A stretch of 64,000 nucleotides of DNA from Podarcis gaigeae (taxonomy: Eukaryota): assembly GCA_964106915.2 (NCBI GenBank), contig OZ066919.1. One strand, given 5' to 3'. The notes below the pieces were generated by a model, which had not been told where the DNA came from, searched no databases, and was given only the letters and a program-made list of their open reading frames with translations. Positions 26,120 through 38,900 of this stretch are shown here, one piece after another (the stretch's first letter is position 1; each line of letters starts with the position of its first letter). The translations under genes were made by a program, and so were the position numbers.

Positions 26120-26621
26120 TAGCCGATGGGTCTCAAACCCTTAGTGAGACAGGCTTTGAGGGATTGATCAGACAAGACCAATAATGGGAGCAACTGTCAA
26201 GAAGGCATCTGAAGAGAGAAGTGGGGGGCAGAAGGGACTCATCATCCTGGGAAGGTAGAAGGAAATCTGGGGTCTTAAACCTCTGCTGCCTTGCAGGATA
26301 TCTTCAGGAGAAGAAAAAGCTGAGGAGTAAATCCTATACAAATCTGGAGTGGAGTCCCGAAAATGATTGGATGGTGCCTTGTACGTCTCCTTCTGGCAAC
26401 TCCTGCAGCCAATCTGGTGCCAAACGTATTGCTTTCCTTTCATTTGGACCACATCAGCAAGGCCTAGAGGGGGGACTTGTCATCTGGGCAGCCCAGGACC
26501 TCCATACACACCGCCCAGGCTTGCACCCTGGGGAAGTCACTTCGGTGCAGCTAGTGGAGTGGTTTGACTTCACCCCTGGAGGCACACTCCATTCTCTCCC
26601 GAGATAGATGGATGCCAACAA
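25939..26621 (+). mobile_element. Non-autonomous RTE-type retroelement (5'UTR plus 3' end), apparently full length
   Basis: RTE-5'UTR-like motifs (aaacctctgctgccttgc, ggagtaaatcct, ggagtggagtccc), a 3' stem-loop followed by CAA, a degenerate 20-bp TSD (25922-25941 / 26622-26641) and a second copy at 17975-18370. Confidence 0.7.
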
Positions 26622-29600
26622 TGATTGTCCATGCAATAGGGAAGGCAGGTGCCCCCCCCCAATCCAGGACTAACAGACACAAGTGACTGGTTATTCTGAA
26701 CATCACATTTGTTTTTACGTCCCATTTGATTCCATTTGTTTCTTTTGAATAAATAGGGGTTGTGTTGCAGATCTCGGATCCAGCAATATTTGTGCCTAAC
26801 CCCAGGGGATAAACTGAAGAAAATCCAGCATATTCCTCCAGAGTTATTAGCCATGATTCCTAGGATAGCTGCCTACTTCAGGAGATGCTTCCAGATGGTG
26901 GGCTTAATATTGCAAAACAAGTCATTTGGAATTGCAAATGGGATATTGGCATCAGGTTTTTTAAAGTCATATTTTCCATGGAAAAGGAAAATCTGGATTA
27001 AATTGCATGCGTGTTTGTGTGCCTATGGGGGGGGGGATATGCACCAATATTGTGATAATGATGACATGAGAGCACAGCCACCCAAAAGTGTGTCTTTTGG
27101 ACTCTGTGATCTCATGCAGGTCACATGACTTGCGCAGAGCCATGGATGGGAAGATGGGCATCCCGGTTCTGGGACTCAACTTGTTGGAGGGTATGTGGGT
27201 GGTGTGTGGAGAGCCACTGTGGGTAGATGGTGGAATGAGGAAGACTTAGATTTAAATACCCAGGTTCATTGGGTAGCTTGGGGAAGTCTTAATCATTCAA
27301 TCAGATATACCTGACTGGGTTGTTATGAAGATAAAATGAGATAATCCTGGGTAGGTTGTCTGTAGTTACCTGGTATTAAGCTCAGTAGGCCTCAGACGGG
27401 GAGTACTGAATCAGGTGATAATCAGAAAGCCAGCTCCATACAGCTTTTTGATGTAATACTCCCAAGCTCTGTAGTGTTCCTTCAGTCTTGGTCAGGAATG
27501 GCACCAGTGCAGGTATCCTCCAGGTGGCCCCCTCAGCAGTGGTGGCAGAGACCTCACTAAATGGACCTCTTGGTGGTGGTGCACCCTTTTCCTTACCTTG
27601 GTGGGGGTTGGCAGGCACAGCAAAACAACAACAGCTCCTGGTCTAGAGTGCTGCTGCTGGCACATGACATTTTAATTTCTCCAAAATTCCTTTGTGGCCT
27701 TGATTTGGCATTGCCTTGGAGCTGTGTCCTCTGGGATTAGCTTCAAGATACATGGTACGCTGTTTGAAGGGCTCATACCATTAACAGCTGCCTGCCAGTG
27801 CCTGACATCAGTGTGAAATGGCCAATTTCTTCCTATCCCTCTTTAGCAACAGATTGATTTCTGGCTTCTGCCTGCCTGCCACCCATCAAACACCTGTTTG
27901 CCCCCGTGTCCTTGCCTTGCCAGGTTTTGGTGTTGAAAGCATGGCACTTGGAAGAAGATTGAGGGGCGGGGGAGCATGTTAAAAATGTCTATTACTTCAA
28001 TTCCCCAAGGCCAGATGTGCTGGTAGCATTAGCCTACGTTCATCGCCTTGCATGACCACATCAGACAGAGAGGACACAGATGGACCGACAAAAGTCATAA
28101 AGAAAGGAAGCTATGTTTTCTCCTAACTTTGTCCAATTTCTGGTTTAACACAAATGGGCAACTGTAGCCGTGGATGACTGAAGTATACAGAAACATTAAT
28201 TTCGAAAGGGACAAGTAAAGACTGAAATAGCTCAGAAAGGGAGGAAGATGCAGTATATGGCCTTTTGGACATATAGATATCTCTGTGCTTTGGGAAGGAG
28301 ACCTGCTTCTATTCATTTATTTGCTTAACACTTCTAGGAGTGGATGGCCATGTTTTGAAAGTCTTCTCCCATCCTGCAAGTGTTGAAATGTTGTTAGTAA
28401 CAGATTGCTCACCGAATCTCACCGATTCCACATTCCTGAATGGGACCATATAACTTAACCTCGTGTACCGCTTGACTAGTGACTTCCTGTTAAAGTGACA
28501 CATGGGGTTCCATTTACACGGGAGATGCATTCAGATGGAACCGTTTCAGGGTGGGCCAAGAAGGAGTGCAAACGCATTATGTGCTGATTGATTGTGCTAG
28601 GTGGACTATAATTATGATTTACGCTCACATTCTTTTTTTTTCTTCCTTAAAAGGAAATCCCAGTTGCCAAATATGTTAATGGTGTATGTAATGGTGTGTT
28701 AACGGACACCATTACGACGCTGAACAAAATTAAACCTTTTGCCAAGACAAACCTTTTCAATAGTACATTTTATGGATCAGCAGACTTTGCAAATGCCTCA
28801 GAAAGTGGAACCATAGTGTGAGAAACAGGCCCTGGAAACAGCTAGCAGTTGCCTAACCACAAGCCAAACATACCTGTTAGTAATTAACTCTACATGGATG
28901 TTAATTTTATCATCTCATAAGTGCTATGCATAATTGCATAATTGTGATATTGTATAATATTTAATTACAGCTTGGGTTGTGATTTAGAAAACACATTTCT
29001 GGACCAGTTAATTTCGTGCCAAGGCACTCATGAAGACATGTATGAATACAAATGGCCATGGATTTCAGAACCAACATGAATATTAGAAAATATGCTGTTT
29101 AATAGGAAGAAGCCAAAAATGGAGAGTTTGAAGGAATGTTTGAAAGTTTTGTTTGATATTAATTATTTGTACAGCTTGCTGATTGGGCACAACTGGTTAA
29201 TTTGATAATGGCACCACTAGATTTTTGTAAGCAGTATGGTGGGAATTTTTGGTTAAAACAAAAGGCTTGTAGCTAATAAGTATGAAAAGGTTTTCTGGTA
29301 TTTTTGAGAGAATAACTAGGGGCCAGGATTCAGAAAGACATGAGAAGTGGAGTGCACTGTATCTTCAAAGACTATACTGAAGTGAACCTGGGGCAGAGAG
29401 AAAATGTAAAAGAGCTTAGAGGAAATGGTGTGAGACCCTAGAAAACTGAAATGAAATAAAAGTTAGCAAATTCCTAACAATTTGGTTAGACTGGATGTGT
29501 GTTTAGGTTGTTGGAAGACAGGTTGGCTGCATACATCTTCTAGGGCCAATATTCACTGTCTTCAGACAACATTTGATGTTTCTTGAGGAGCACTCATATA

Positions 29601-31763
29601 TTTGTTTATTACCGGTATATAATATGTAGAAGTAACCACAACAAATGCTCTTCGAGCACAATGCTCTAATGCAGTCTTGAATATATCCAGAGGTGGGTCT
29701 TTGAAGCTTGCTCCCTTCCCCATAGTATACTCTGAAATGGTGTCCACTGTGGAACAAAGTGCTTCCTATAGGCAGCACAGTCCCCATACCTTGTCTTGTT
29801 TTAGTTCCTTTCCCTACCAGGCAGTTCCTTCACTTCTCCTTAGTCCCCAACCCTCTCTGTTTCCTACTCTTCTCCAGCCCATTGTGCCTAACTGGACGAC
29901 ATTCAGTGACGTAATTTCTTGATGGCTCCTCTGTCTCATCCCTTTAGTTAACTTAGTCCAGTTAATGTTACGATAGGAAGCTCTATCTGTCTTGTTGCCA
30001 CGGAGTCTACAAGAAAGCAATGTTTCCCTTGCATAATGTGACTCCCATCTGCCCAACAAGTGAAAGATCAGTGAGCAGACCTTTGGAGCATTCAAGTGGC
30101 ACATCCTATTCCTAAATACTGATTATTTGCTGCCTTGGTTCTGGTCCTCAAGCTACATGCCCAGTCTCTAGCTCTAGTGCTTTTAACATTAACTTAAATA
30201 TATTTGTAGTACTAATGGTGATGTAGTTATTGTATGTAAGTATAATAAGTTTATGATTAAGCAGGAATTACTGAAAACTCTTCTTGATATTGGGTCCTTT
30301 TACAGATGGCTTTTTAACTACCTCTTGAAGTGAATGATTGATCGCATATGCGGCACACTTTTCTTCTTAAGGCTGCAAGCAGCAGACCCGAGGACCAGGA
30401 TTTTTTTTTTTATACCTGCCATTTTATGCATCACAGCAAACCTTCTAAATGTCATCATAACCAACAGTTTTAATGACCTGGTTGCCATGAACATGTATCT
30501 GCCTCAAGCAAGGGGGGGGGGAGATAACTGCCCATAGGGAGGCAGAAAATGAAAGAAGATACCAAAATGAAAAACTTTTTCACACCTACATATGTTCCCA
30601 TCATATATACACATGCTTGGAAAGATGATTGAAAATGGGAGAACATACTGGAAATATCTTCTTGTCCCTTTTATCACAACAAACAAGCAATCAAACATTT
30701 GCTCCTTCCTGTATGCTTACTCTCTGCTTCTTTCTCCCTTTATGAGCTGGTAACTAAAAATATTTGTGGATTTGGGTGAACAATATGTATGTTGTTGCCT
30801 CCTGATTTATGGCATGGCCTATGGACTCATAACTGAACAAAGTCCTTGACAAATTATTGAGCCAGTGAATATTTTCCCTGGGCTTGAGAGCATGTTGGGT
30901 GGCTAAGAAGTCTTTGAGTCCTTCAGGTTCAAGCCTGTTCCTGGCCACCCCTTGACATCCTCCACCCCCAACACTCTCCTTTTTGGTCCTTTGGGCCATG
31001 GATGTGTTGGTGGCTATAAGGAAGTATTTGACACTGGATCTGTCTCCCTGATGTTTAGGCTCTCTTGCTCTCTGTTAGAAAGGGAGATATGAAGTATCCT
31101 CTGGTCCTCAACTACATTAGCTACAATCTGAGTCCAAACATAATCTGGGGAAAGCATCAATAAATAGGAGCCAGGAGGTCGCCAATTAAGGTGGTCCTGA
31201 AGAGGCCAAGGCAAGGAGTCTGGTTCAGAGAAGGGAGCTGAATGACATGCATTGCTTCTGGCAACTGGCAAAAGCCAGCTGATAGCCCAGAGTATGCAGC
31301 ATATGTCTTTTACTATTGAGGGGCTGTTAATACTCACACCTTTAGTCCTTTAGTCAAGAGACATGCAGTGTCATTGGGCTCTCAGACATGCACTCTGGAC
31401 TTGGACCTTCTGGTGCTCATGCTCTTGAGGGCAGGAGGATGACATGACCTCTGTCAGAGGTGGGTCAGGAATCTGCCCAAAGGGTCCTTCCAGGGCATCC
31501 TCTGGAGGTAGGTCAGTGGGGTATACCAGGGGCTTTAGTGCTGGTGTCTGGGGGACACTCAGTATGCCTGGGACATTCATCATCAGAAGGGTTAGGACAT
31601 CTCTCTCTCCTCTCTCTCACACACCAGCAACAATCCTGCAAGGAAATATGTGTGTATATTGCAATTGCATGGGTAAAGTCAATCACATGGGTCTTTCAAA
31701 TTATGTTGTCAGCACCCTCCTGTGTGGTGAGGTGGTGCTTCATAGGGAAAGGCCCACATGATC

Positions 31764-31871
31764 CATGAGACTCTTGATATCAGGATTGTGAGTTCAAGCC
31801 TCATGTTGGGCAAAAGATTCCTGAATTGCAGGGGGTTTGATGAGCCTTGTGGTCCCTTCCAACTCTATGAT
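31764..31871 (+). mobile_element. Partial tRNA-Lys/CR1-tail SINE
   Basis: Homologous to the 43121 copy; ends ggtcccttccaactctatgat. Confidence 0.7.
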
Positions 31872-31899
31872 AATCTGTGAGCACCTGATCAGTTAATTT

Positions 31900-32153
31900 G
31901 AGAGCCAGTGTGGTGTAGTGGTTAAGAGTGGTAGTCTTGTAATCTGGGGAACCGGGTTCGCGTCTCCGCTCCTCCACATGCAGCTGCTGGTTGACCTTGG
32001 GCTAGTCACACTTCTTTGAAGTCTCTCAGCCCCACTCACCTCACAGAGTGTTTGTTGTGGGGGAGGAAGGGAAAGGAGAATGTTAGCCGCTTTGAGACTC
32101 CTGAAGGGGAGTGAAAGGCAGGATATCAAATCCAAACTCTTCTTCTTTTTCTT
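31900..32153 (+). mobile_element. tRNA-derived CORE-type SINE (Squam3-like)
   Basis: A box tggtgtagtgg, B-box-like gggttcgcgtc, CORE-like gaccttgggctagtcac and a (CTT)n tail. Confidence 0.8.
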
Positions 32154-32463
32154 TACCAAGGCTTCCCTGCAGCAGTGTGGGTTCACACCAAGAGCAGGAA
32201 CTCCCGTGTGACTGGTCCTGTGTATCCATGGAACAAGCAACTTTAGCTTGTTTGGGGTCTAATGCTATTGGAATGGAAAGTGTGTATCCTGAATTCCAAC
32301 ACTAAGGGGAATGCCAAACACTTTCTCCACTGTAATGGGAGTTGATCCAGAGAAACATTCCACGAAAGAATGTGCTTCCCCCCCCCCCCCAGGTAAGAAG
32401 TGAATATGCTATTTCTCTCCCGCCCCATTTGGTTGCTTCAATTTATGTTTTTGTTTTACAACG

Positions 32464-32466
<3 letters not shown>

Positions 32467-32504
<38 letters not shown>
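32467..32504. repeat. (AT)n microsatellite
   Basis: Direct reading. Confidence 0.97.
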
Positions 32505-32507
<3 letters not shown>

Positions 32508-33704
32508 GTTTGTCCAGTTATCCAGATGTGTGTATGTTATGTTACCTTCTTTTAAAAGTACTTGATTTGGAGCCAAAAGGAAAAAGGAAGGGTTAGGAAT
32601 GTGAAACTTAGTTTCTCATAACTTTGTAGAAGGCAGATGTTTCTTTTCTGCTTCCAGCTTTCATTTTCTTTGCATGAAGAAGTTCTTTAAAACTAAATAA
32701 ATATCCCTTTGAGAAGAGCACGACTTGTGTTTTTCTTTGCATTAACTGTTTTGTGGCTGGCAGGCTTTGATGCACGACTTTATGCTTATTCCATCGGAAA
32801 AGTCTCCCCAAGCCCTTTGCACAAACGGCATTCGGTGCTGTTTGTACAAACAGGCCACTGGGATAAAAAGAGAGAGACCTCAACAGCATCAAAATCTCAT
32901 TGAGACGTTGGATAAGTGCATTGCACACCCCTCCCCTTTATGCTGCAGAATAATGTAAATATGCCCTGCAAATCATTTTCCTTGTAATTAAGATTCTTGA
33001 ACAAACTCTCCCAGCTGCAAATCAAAACAAGACTTATTTAAATTTTCTAAAGATAACAGCGGGTACAGTTTTACCCACTGGTGACAGATGATACTAGATT
33101 TTGCACTGTGGCATGCTTAAAACAAATACACCCAGTCTGTGTCTGCATGCTTTGTCTCTTCAAGGAAAACTATCTTCTTTCACAGCCTGGATAGAGACCC
33201 TCAAACTCCTAAATGGTAACACAGGGCTTCCGCTCACTACGCAAACAGACCTTCCCAGTGGAGCTGTACTTAGGTGATCCTCTCTGCTGAAGTGTGGCAG
33301 CGCTGAATTTAGGGTAGCACAGGTGATTCCTTTGCACAGGGTGCTGAGTTGAGGGGCAGAGATTGAGAAGATCCATAATTGAGAAGATCCTTTTTGGGGA
33401 GCCAAATTTTGGCCTCGCACAGGGCGCCATATTATGAAAGATTACCAAAGTCTGGCCCTAAGTCTGGAATCCCACAGTGGGCCAAGAAGTGGCTGGCTTT
33501 TTCTTTCTAAGGGCCACATTTACCCTTTACCAACCTTCCAGAGGCCACACCCCAGTGGTAGGTGTGGCCACTCCATACTGTCTCATGTGCATACACAGAT
33601 CACCTGATGCATACACAGAGTTACTGCCCACGCTTGCTCAACAAATGTTTGATCTGGTGACTCTGAAGTGGGGGGATTTGCATTGGGCTATGCGGTGGGC
33701 TTAA

Positions 33705-34061
33705 GGACGTGGGTGGCGCTGTGGGTTAAACCACAGAGCCTAAGACTTGCCGATCAGAAGGTCAGAGGTTCGAATCCCCACGACGCGGTGAGCTCCCGTT
33801 GCTCGGTCCCTGCTCCTGCCAACCTAGCAGTTCGAAAGCACGTCAAAGTGCAAGTAGATAAATAGGTACCGCTCTGGCGGGAAGGTTAACCACATTTTTG
33901 TGCGCTGCTCTGGTTCGCCAGAAGTGGCTTAGTCATGCTGGCCACATGACCCAGAAGCTGTACGCCGGCTCCCTCGGCCAATAAAGCGAGATGAGCGCCG
34001 CAACCGCAGAGTTGGTCATGACTAGACCTAATGGTCAGGGGTCCCTTTACCTTTACCTTTT
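33705..34061 (+). mobile_element. Sauria SINE, full length
   Basis: tRNA-like head with A box (tggcgctgtggg) and B box (ggttcgaatcc), (ACCTTT)n tail and a perfect 16-bp TSD tatgcggtgggcttaa (33689-33704 / 34062-34077). Confidence 0.93.
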
Positions 34062-34623
34062 TATGCGGTGGGCTTAAACCTTTCTGCCCACCTCAATGTT
34101 ACATTTCCTTTTTTGCTGTATATATATTTTTGTTGCCACTCCTAAATGTGATTGATTTTTGGTGGGGAGAGGACAAACATTTGCTTGGAGGGCATCATTA
34201 GGTCCCTGAAATGTGGGTTAGCTATTCCTGGCCTGGATCCTCCACGGCAGGGGTGGGGTGCCTTTGGTACTCCTGATTTAGCTCCCTTCATCCCAACCAT
34301 TGATGACGCTTGCTGGGACTGATGGGAGTTGTAGTTCAACAATGTCTGGAGGGCCACCGTTTCCTCACCTCTACTCTGCAAACAATAACAATCCCAACAA
34401 GAATGCAGGTTTGTTCTAAGCATTAAAATAGCTCCTGTTGTAATAAAATTATCTTGTCATACAATGGATGTGGGAGGGACTTTGGGGAGGGTGGGTGGTT
34501 TGCTTGAGAATCCATATTGAAAAGCAGGCTAGAAATATTTCAGTGATTTAATTAATCACTTCTATTGATAAAATTGGGAGTGGGAGTATGCTAGGATCCA
34601 GATTGAATGGATTTGAAGGATAA

Positions 34624-35024
34624 AGGTATGGGGATAAATTTAGTTCCATTTGCATTTTAATGCAAACCTACCTAATTTGTACTTCCCACAACAGTATTCA
34701 AACTGATGCAGACATCCTTTAGAATTGGCACTTCTCTGAATTTTGCAATGCAGTTCTCCAACCCAAAAATGTGTGTAAGAATGCATATATTGATGGAAAT
34801 GGTTTAAAACTACATTACCTTATGGGGAAATGCTTGGCAATATGTGAGTTTTAGGTAACATTGCATACAAATGTGTTTATTACGAGAAAGACACTAAAAT
34901 TCTCTTGAATTTTCACAAGGACTTTGCAAATTTGCAAATGGTTGTGGAAATGTGGTGAACTGAAGTTACAACTGGAAAAATGAGAAACCTAGAGAAATTG
35001 AAATGGACAAGTTTGTCCACCCTT
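34624..35024. repeat. Unclassified ~400-bp dispersed repeat, putative non-autonomous DNA element
   Basis: Core cacttctctgaattttgcaatgcagttctc recurs exactly within ~57230-57800, and a diverged version within ~50105-50600. Confidence 0.6.
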
Positions 35025-36154
35025 ATAATGATATCCACAGCCTATTTTCCTTTAAAAAATAGAAATAGAAATCTGAGCTTAATTCCATGAAACAAGGACA
35101 CAACTCAAGGGCCACTGGACCAGAGGTTGTACGCTGTGTCCTGATGTATTCTGTGTAGATGCGTGGTGGTGGGAGGAACTAGGGCTCCATTAGTTTGCCT
35201 ATTTCAGACATATTGTTTTATAAACCAGAGAGATAAAGCCCACCCTGTTTTCTGGGAAAGAGTTTAGAAAGGAATAAACAAACCAGTGGGTATGTTCTTC
35301 CAGAGTGGAAGATCTGATTTGCAATTAACCTTGTCCTGTAGTGCCTTCAAATAGTGGGAATTTGTGGACGTGCCAGCTGTTGATGGGACAGAAGATAATC
35401 AAAAAGGAAACAGAGCTATGGATGTTTCAGACCATGTATGGAGCTTGGGAACAAGAAAGCCTAAAGGAAAAGGAGGCAAAGGTGGTAGAGAAGAATACGT
35501 GTGGTTTTCCATGTTTGAGGGGAGTACTCTCCAAAAATTATCATAGGATTTCTCAAATTATTCTTTTTTAAAAAATAAGCTCAGCCCTTTATCTCCTTCA
35601 GGCTGAACCACAATATTGTTTAAGATCCCACCCTAATGAAACTGACCAGCAACTTGCAATGTCAGTTAATCTTTAGGTACAGCCTGAAGAGGATAAAGAG
35701 AAAGTCTACTGAGTTTCCATTGGTACTAAATTATACTGCGTATCTGAGGCCATTTTTAAGCAGAGGTGTCACCATACAGCTCTTTTAAGCCTCTTTGGTT
35801 TCTGCGGGAGAGTCAAGCACATGCATAATCCTCCCATGAAATCAGCGGGGATTAGAGACACTTAACTTTGGCTAGAAGGGTGGTATTCCGTTCCACCCTT
35901 AACAGAAACAACCCATCATGTAATCATATTAACACAGAGCATTCACTACACTGTCATTCCCCTAAGGACCTTATGAATATATCTTGCGCAGTAACTGTTA
36001 GAAATGTTAAGCATGCTATAGAGTTCCAGGGAACTACGCAAGGTGTTAAGAGACTGAGCTATAAACCAGAAAGCCCCTTGTTCACTTTTCACCCTACCCA
36101 TAAACTCAGCAGGAGGCTTTCAGCAAGTTCGTATAAACCCCCCCTCCCCAGTAC

Positions 36155-38900
36155 TTGTTGTTGTTGTTGTTGTTTAGTCGTTTAGTCGTGTCCGACTCTT
36201 CGTGACCCCATGGACCAGAGAACGCCAGGCACCTCTGTCCTCCACTGCCTCCCGCAGTTTGCTCAAACTCATGCTGGTAACCTCGAAAACACTATCCAAC
36301 CATCTCGTCCTCTGCCGTCCCCTTCTCCTTGTGCCCTCCATCTTTCCCAACATCAGGGTCTTCTCCAGGGAGTCTTCTCTTCTCATGAGGTGGCCAAAGT
36401 ACTGGAGCCTCAGCTTCACAATCTGTCCTTCCAGTGAGCACTCAGGGTTGATTTCCTTCAGTATGGAGAGGTTTGATCTTCTTGCAGTCCATGGGACTCT
36501 CAAGAGTCTCCTCCAGCACCATAATTCAAAAGCATCAATTCTTCGGCGATCAGCCTTCTTTATGGTCCAGCTCTCACTTCCATACATCACTACTGGGAAA
36601 ACCATAGCTTTAACTATACGAACCTTTGTTGGCAAGGTGATGTCTCTACTTCTCAAGATGCTGTCTAGGCCTGTCATTGCCCTTCTCCCAAGAAGCAGGC
36701 GTCTTTTAATTTCGTGGCTGCTGTCACCATCTGCAGTGATCATTGAGCCCAAGAAAGTAAAATCTCTCACTACCTCCATTTCTTCCCCTTCTATTTGCCA
36801 GGAGGTGATGGGACCAGTGGCCATGATCTTCGTTTTTTTGATGTTGAGCTTCAGACCATATTTTGCGCTCTCCTCTTTCACCCTCATTAAAAGGTTCTTT
36901 AATTCCTCCTCACTTTCTGCCATCAAGGTTGTGTCATCTGCATATCTGAGGTTGTTGATATTTCTTCCGGCAATCTTAATTCCGGCTAGGGATTCATCCA
37001 GCCCAGCCTTTCGCATGATGAATTCTGCATATAAGTTAAATAAGCAGGGAGACAAAATACAGCCTTGTCGTACTCCTTTCCCAATTTTGAACCAATCAGT
37101 TGTTCCATATCCAGTTCTAACTGTAGCTTCTTGTCCCACATAGAGATTTCTCAGGAGACAGATGAGGTGATCTGGCACTCCCATTTCTTTAAGAACTTGC
37201 CATAGTTTGCCGTGGTCGACACAGTCAAAAGCTTTTGCATAGTCAATGAAGCAGAAGTAGATGTCTTTCTGGAACTCTCTAGCTTTCTCCATAATCCAGC
37301 GCATGTTTGCAATTTGGTCTCTGGTTCCTCTGCCTCTTCTAAATCCAGCTTGCACTTCTGGGAGTTCTCGGTCCACATACTGCTTGAGCCTTCCTTGTAG
37401 AATTTGAAGCATAACCTTGCTAGCGTGTGAAATGAGTGCAATTGTGCGGTAGTTGGAGCATTCTTTGGCACTGCCCTTCTTTGGGATTGGGATGTAGACT
37501 GATCTTCTCCAATCCTCTGGCCACTGCTGAGTTTTCCAAACTTGCTGGCATATTGAGTGTAGCACCTTAACAGCATCATCTTTTAAAATTTTAAATAGTT
37601 CAGCTGGAATGCCATCACTTCCACTGGCCTTGTTATTTGCAGTGCTTTCTAAGGCCCATTTGACTTCACTTTCCAGGATGTCTGGCTCAAGGTCAGCAAC
37701 CACACTACCTGGGGTATACGAGACATCCATTTCTTTCTGGTATAATTCCTCTGTGTATTCTTGCCACCTCTTCTTGATGTCTTCTGCTTCTGTTAGGTCC
37801 TTTCCACTTTTGTCCTTTATTGTGGAAATCTTTGTACGAAATGTTCCTTTCATATCTCCAATTTTCTTGAACAGATCTCTGGTTCTTCCCATTCTATTGC
37901 TTTCCTCTATTTCTTTGCATTGCTCGTTTAAGAAGGTCTTCTTGTCTCTCCTTGCTATTCTTTGGAAATCTGCATTCAATTTCCTGTATCTTTCACCATC
38001 TCCCTCGCATTTTGCTTGCCTTCTCTCCCCCGCTATTTGTAAGGCCTCATTGGACAGCCACTTTGCTTTCTTGCATTTCCTTTTCATTGGGATGGTTTTC
38101 GTTGCTGCCTCCTGTATAATGTTACGAGCCTCCATCCATAGTTCTTCAGGCATTCTGTCCACCAAATCTAAATCCTTAAACCTGTTCCTCACTTCCACTG
38201 TGTATTCATAAGGGATTTGACTTAGATTGTATCTTACCGGCCCAGTGGTTTTTCCTACTTTCTTCAGTTTAAGCTTGAATTTTGCTATAAGAAGCTGATG
38301 ATCTGAGCCACAGTCAGCTCCAGGTCTTGTTTTTGCTGACTGTATAGAGCTTCTCCATCTTTGGCTGCAGAGAATATAATCAATCTGATTTCGATGCTGC
38401 CCATCTGGTGATGTCCATGTGTAGAGTCGTCTCTTGTGTTGTTGGAAAAGCGTGTTTGTGATGACCAGCTTGTTCTCTTGACAGAACTCTATTAGCCTTT
38501 GCCCTGCTTCGTTTTGATCTCCAAGGCCAAACTTGCCAGTTGTTCCTTTTATCTCTTGACTCCCTACTTTAGCATTCCAATCCCCTATAATGAGAAGAAC
38601 ATCCTTCTTTGGTGTCACTTCTATAAGGTCTTGTAAGTCTTCATAGAATTGGTCAATTTCAGTTTCTTCAGCACAAGTAGTTGGTGCATAAACTTGGATT
38701 ACTGTGATGTTAAAAGGTCTGCCTTGGATTCGTATCGAGATCATTCTATCATTTTTGAGATTGCATCCCAGTACAGCTTTCGCCACTCTTTTGTTGACTA
38801 TGAGGGCCACTCCATTTCTTTTATGGGTTTCTTGCCCACAGTAGTAGATATGATGGTCATCCGAACTGAATTCACCCATTCCCGTCCATTTTAGTTCACT
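36155..38900 (-). mobile_element. BovB LINE, ~2.75 kb, 5'-truncated, young
   Basis: Intact ORF plus (CAA)n tail, seen as (TTG)n at 36155-36173. No TSD visible. Confidence 0.95.
36174..38879 (-). CDS. BovB (RTE clade) LINE ORF: APE endonuclease plus reverse transcriptase, N-terminally truncated
   Basis: 901-aa uninterrupted ORF with EN motifs VYAPT, GDWNAKVG, NQIDYIL, GSDH and RT motifs FIDYAKAFD, GVRQGCILSP, LRYADD. The frame stays open upstream to 38900 (SELKWTG), where homology stops. Confidence 0.95.
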   Translation of the reverse strand: MGEFSSDDHHIYYCGQETHKRNGVALIVNKRVAKAVLGCNLKNDRMISIRIQGRPFNITVIQVYAPTTCAEETEIDQFYEDLQDLIEVTPKKDVLLIIGDWNAKVGSQEIKGTTGKFGLGDQNEAGQRLIEFCQENKLVITNTLFQQHKRRLYTWTSPDGQHRNQIDYILCSQRWRSSIQSAKTRPGADCGSDHQLLIAKFKLKLKKVGKTTGPVRYNLSQIPYEYTVEVRNRFKDLDLVDRMPEELWMEARNIIQEAATKTIPMKRKCKKAKWLSNEALQIAGERRQAKCEGDGERYRKLNADFQRIARRDKKTFLNEQCKEIEESNRMGRTRDLFKKIGDMKGTFRTKISTIKDKSGKDLTEAEDIKKRWQEYTEELYQKEMDVSYTPGSVVADLEPDILESEVKWALESTANNKASGSDGIPAELFKILKDDAVKVLHSICQQVWKTQQWPEDWRRSVYIPIPKKGSAKECSNYRTIALISHASKVMLQILQGRLKQYVDRELPEVQAGFRRGRGTRDQIANMRWIMEKAREFQKDIYFCFIDYAKAFDCVDHGKLWQVLKEMGVPDHLICLLRNLYVGQEATVRTGYGTTDWFKIGKGVRQGCILSPCLFNLYAEFIMRKAGLDESLAGIKIAGRNINNLRYADDTTLMAESEEELKNLLMRVKEESAKYGLKLNIKKTKIMATGPITSWQIEGEEMEVVRDFTFLGSMITADGDSSHEIKRRLLLGRRAMTGLDSILRSRDITLPTKVRIVKAMVFPVVMYGSESWTIKKADRRRIDAFELWCWRRLLRVPWTARRSNLSILKEINPECSLEGQIVKLRLQYFGHLMRREDSLEKTLMLGKMEGTRRRGRQRTRWLDSVFEVTSMSLSKLREAVEDRGAWRSLVHGVTKSRTRLND

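Noticed and set aside
35684-35715. ctgaaga...gaaa hammerhead-like words
   Set aside because: No pairing for stem II or stem III.
36202-38211. Long + strand ORFs (313 aa, 200 aa) and similar MTPWTR... ORFs elsewhere
   Set aside because: Antisense shadows of the BovB coding frame.
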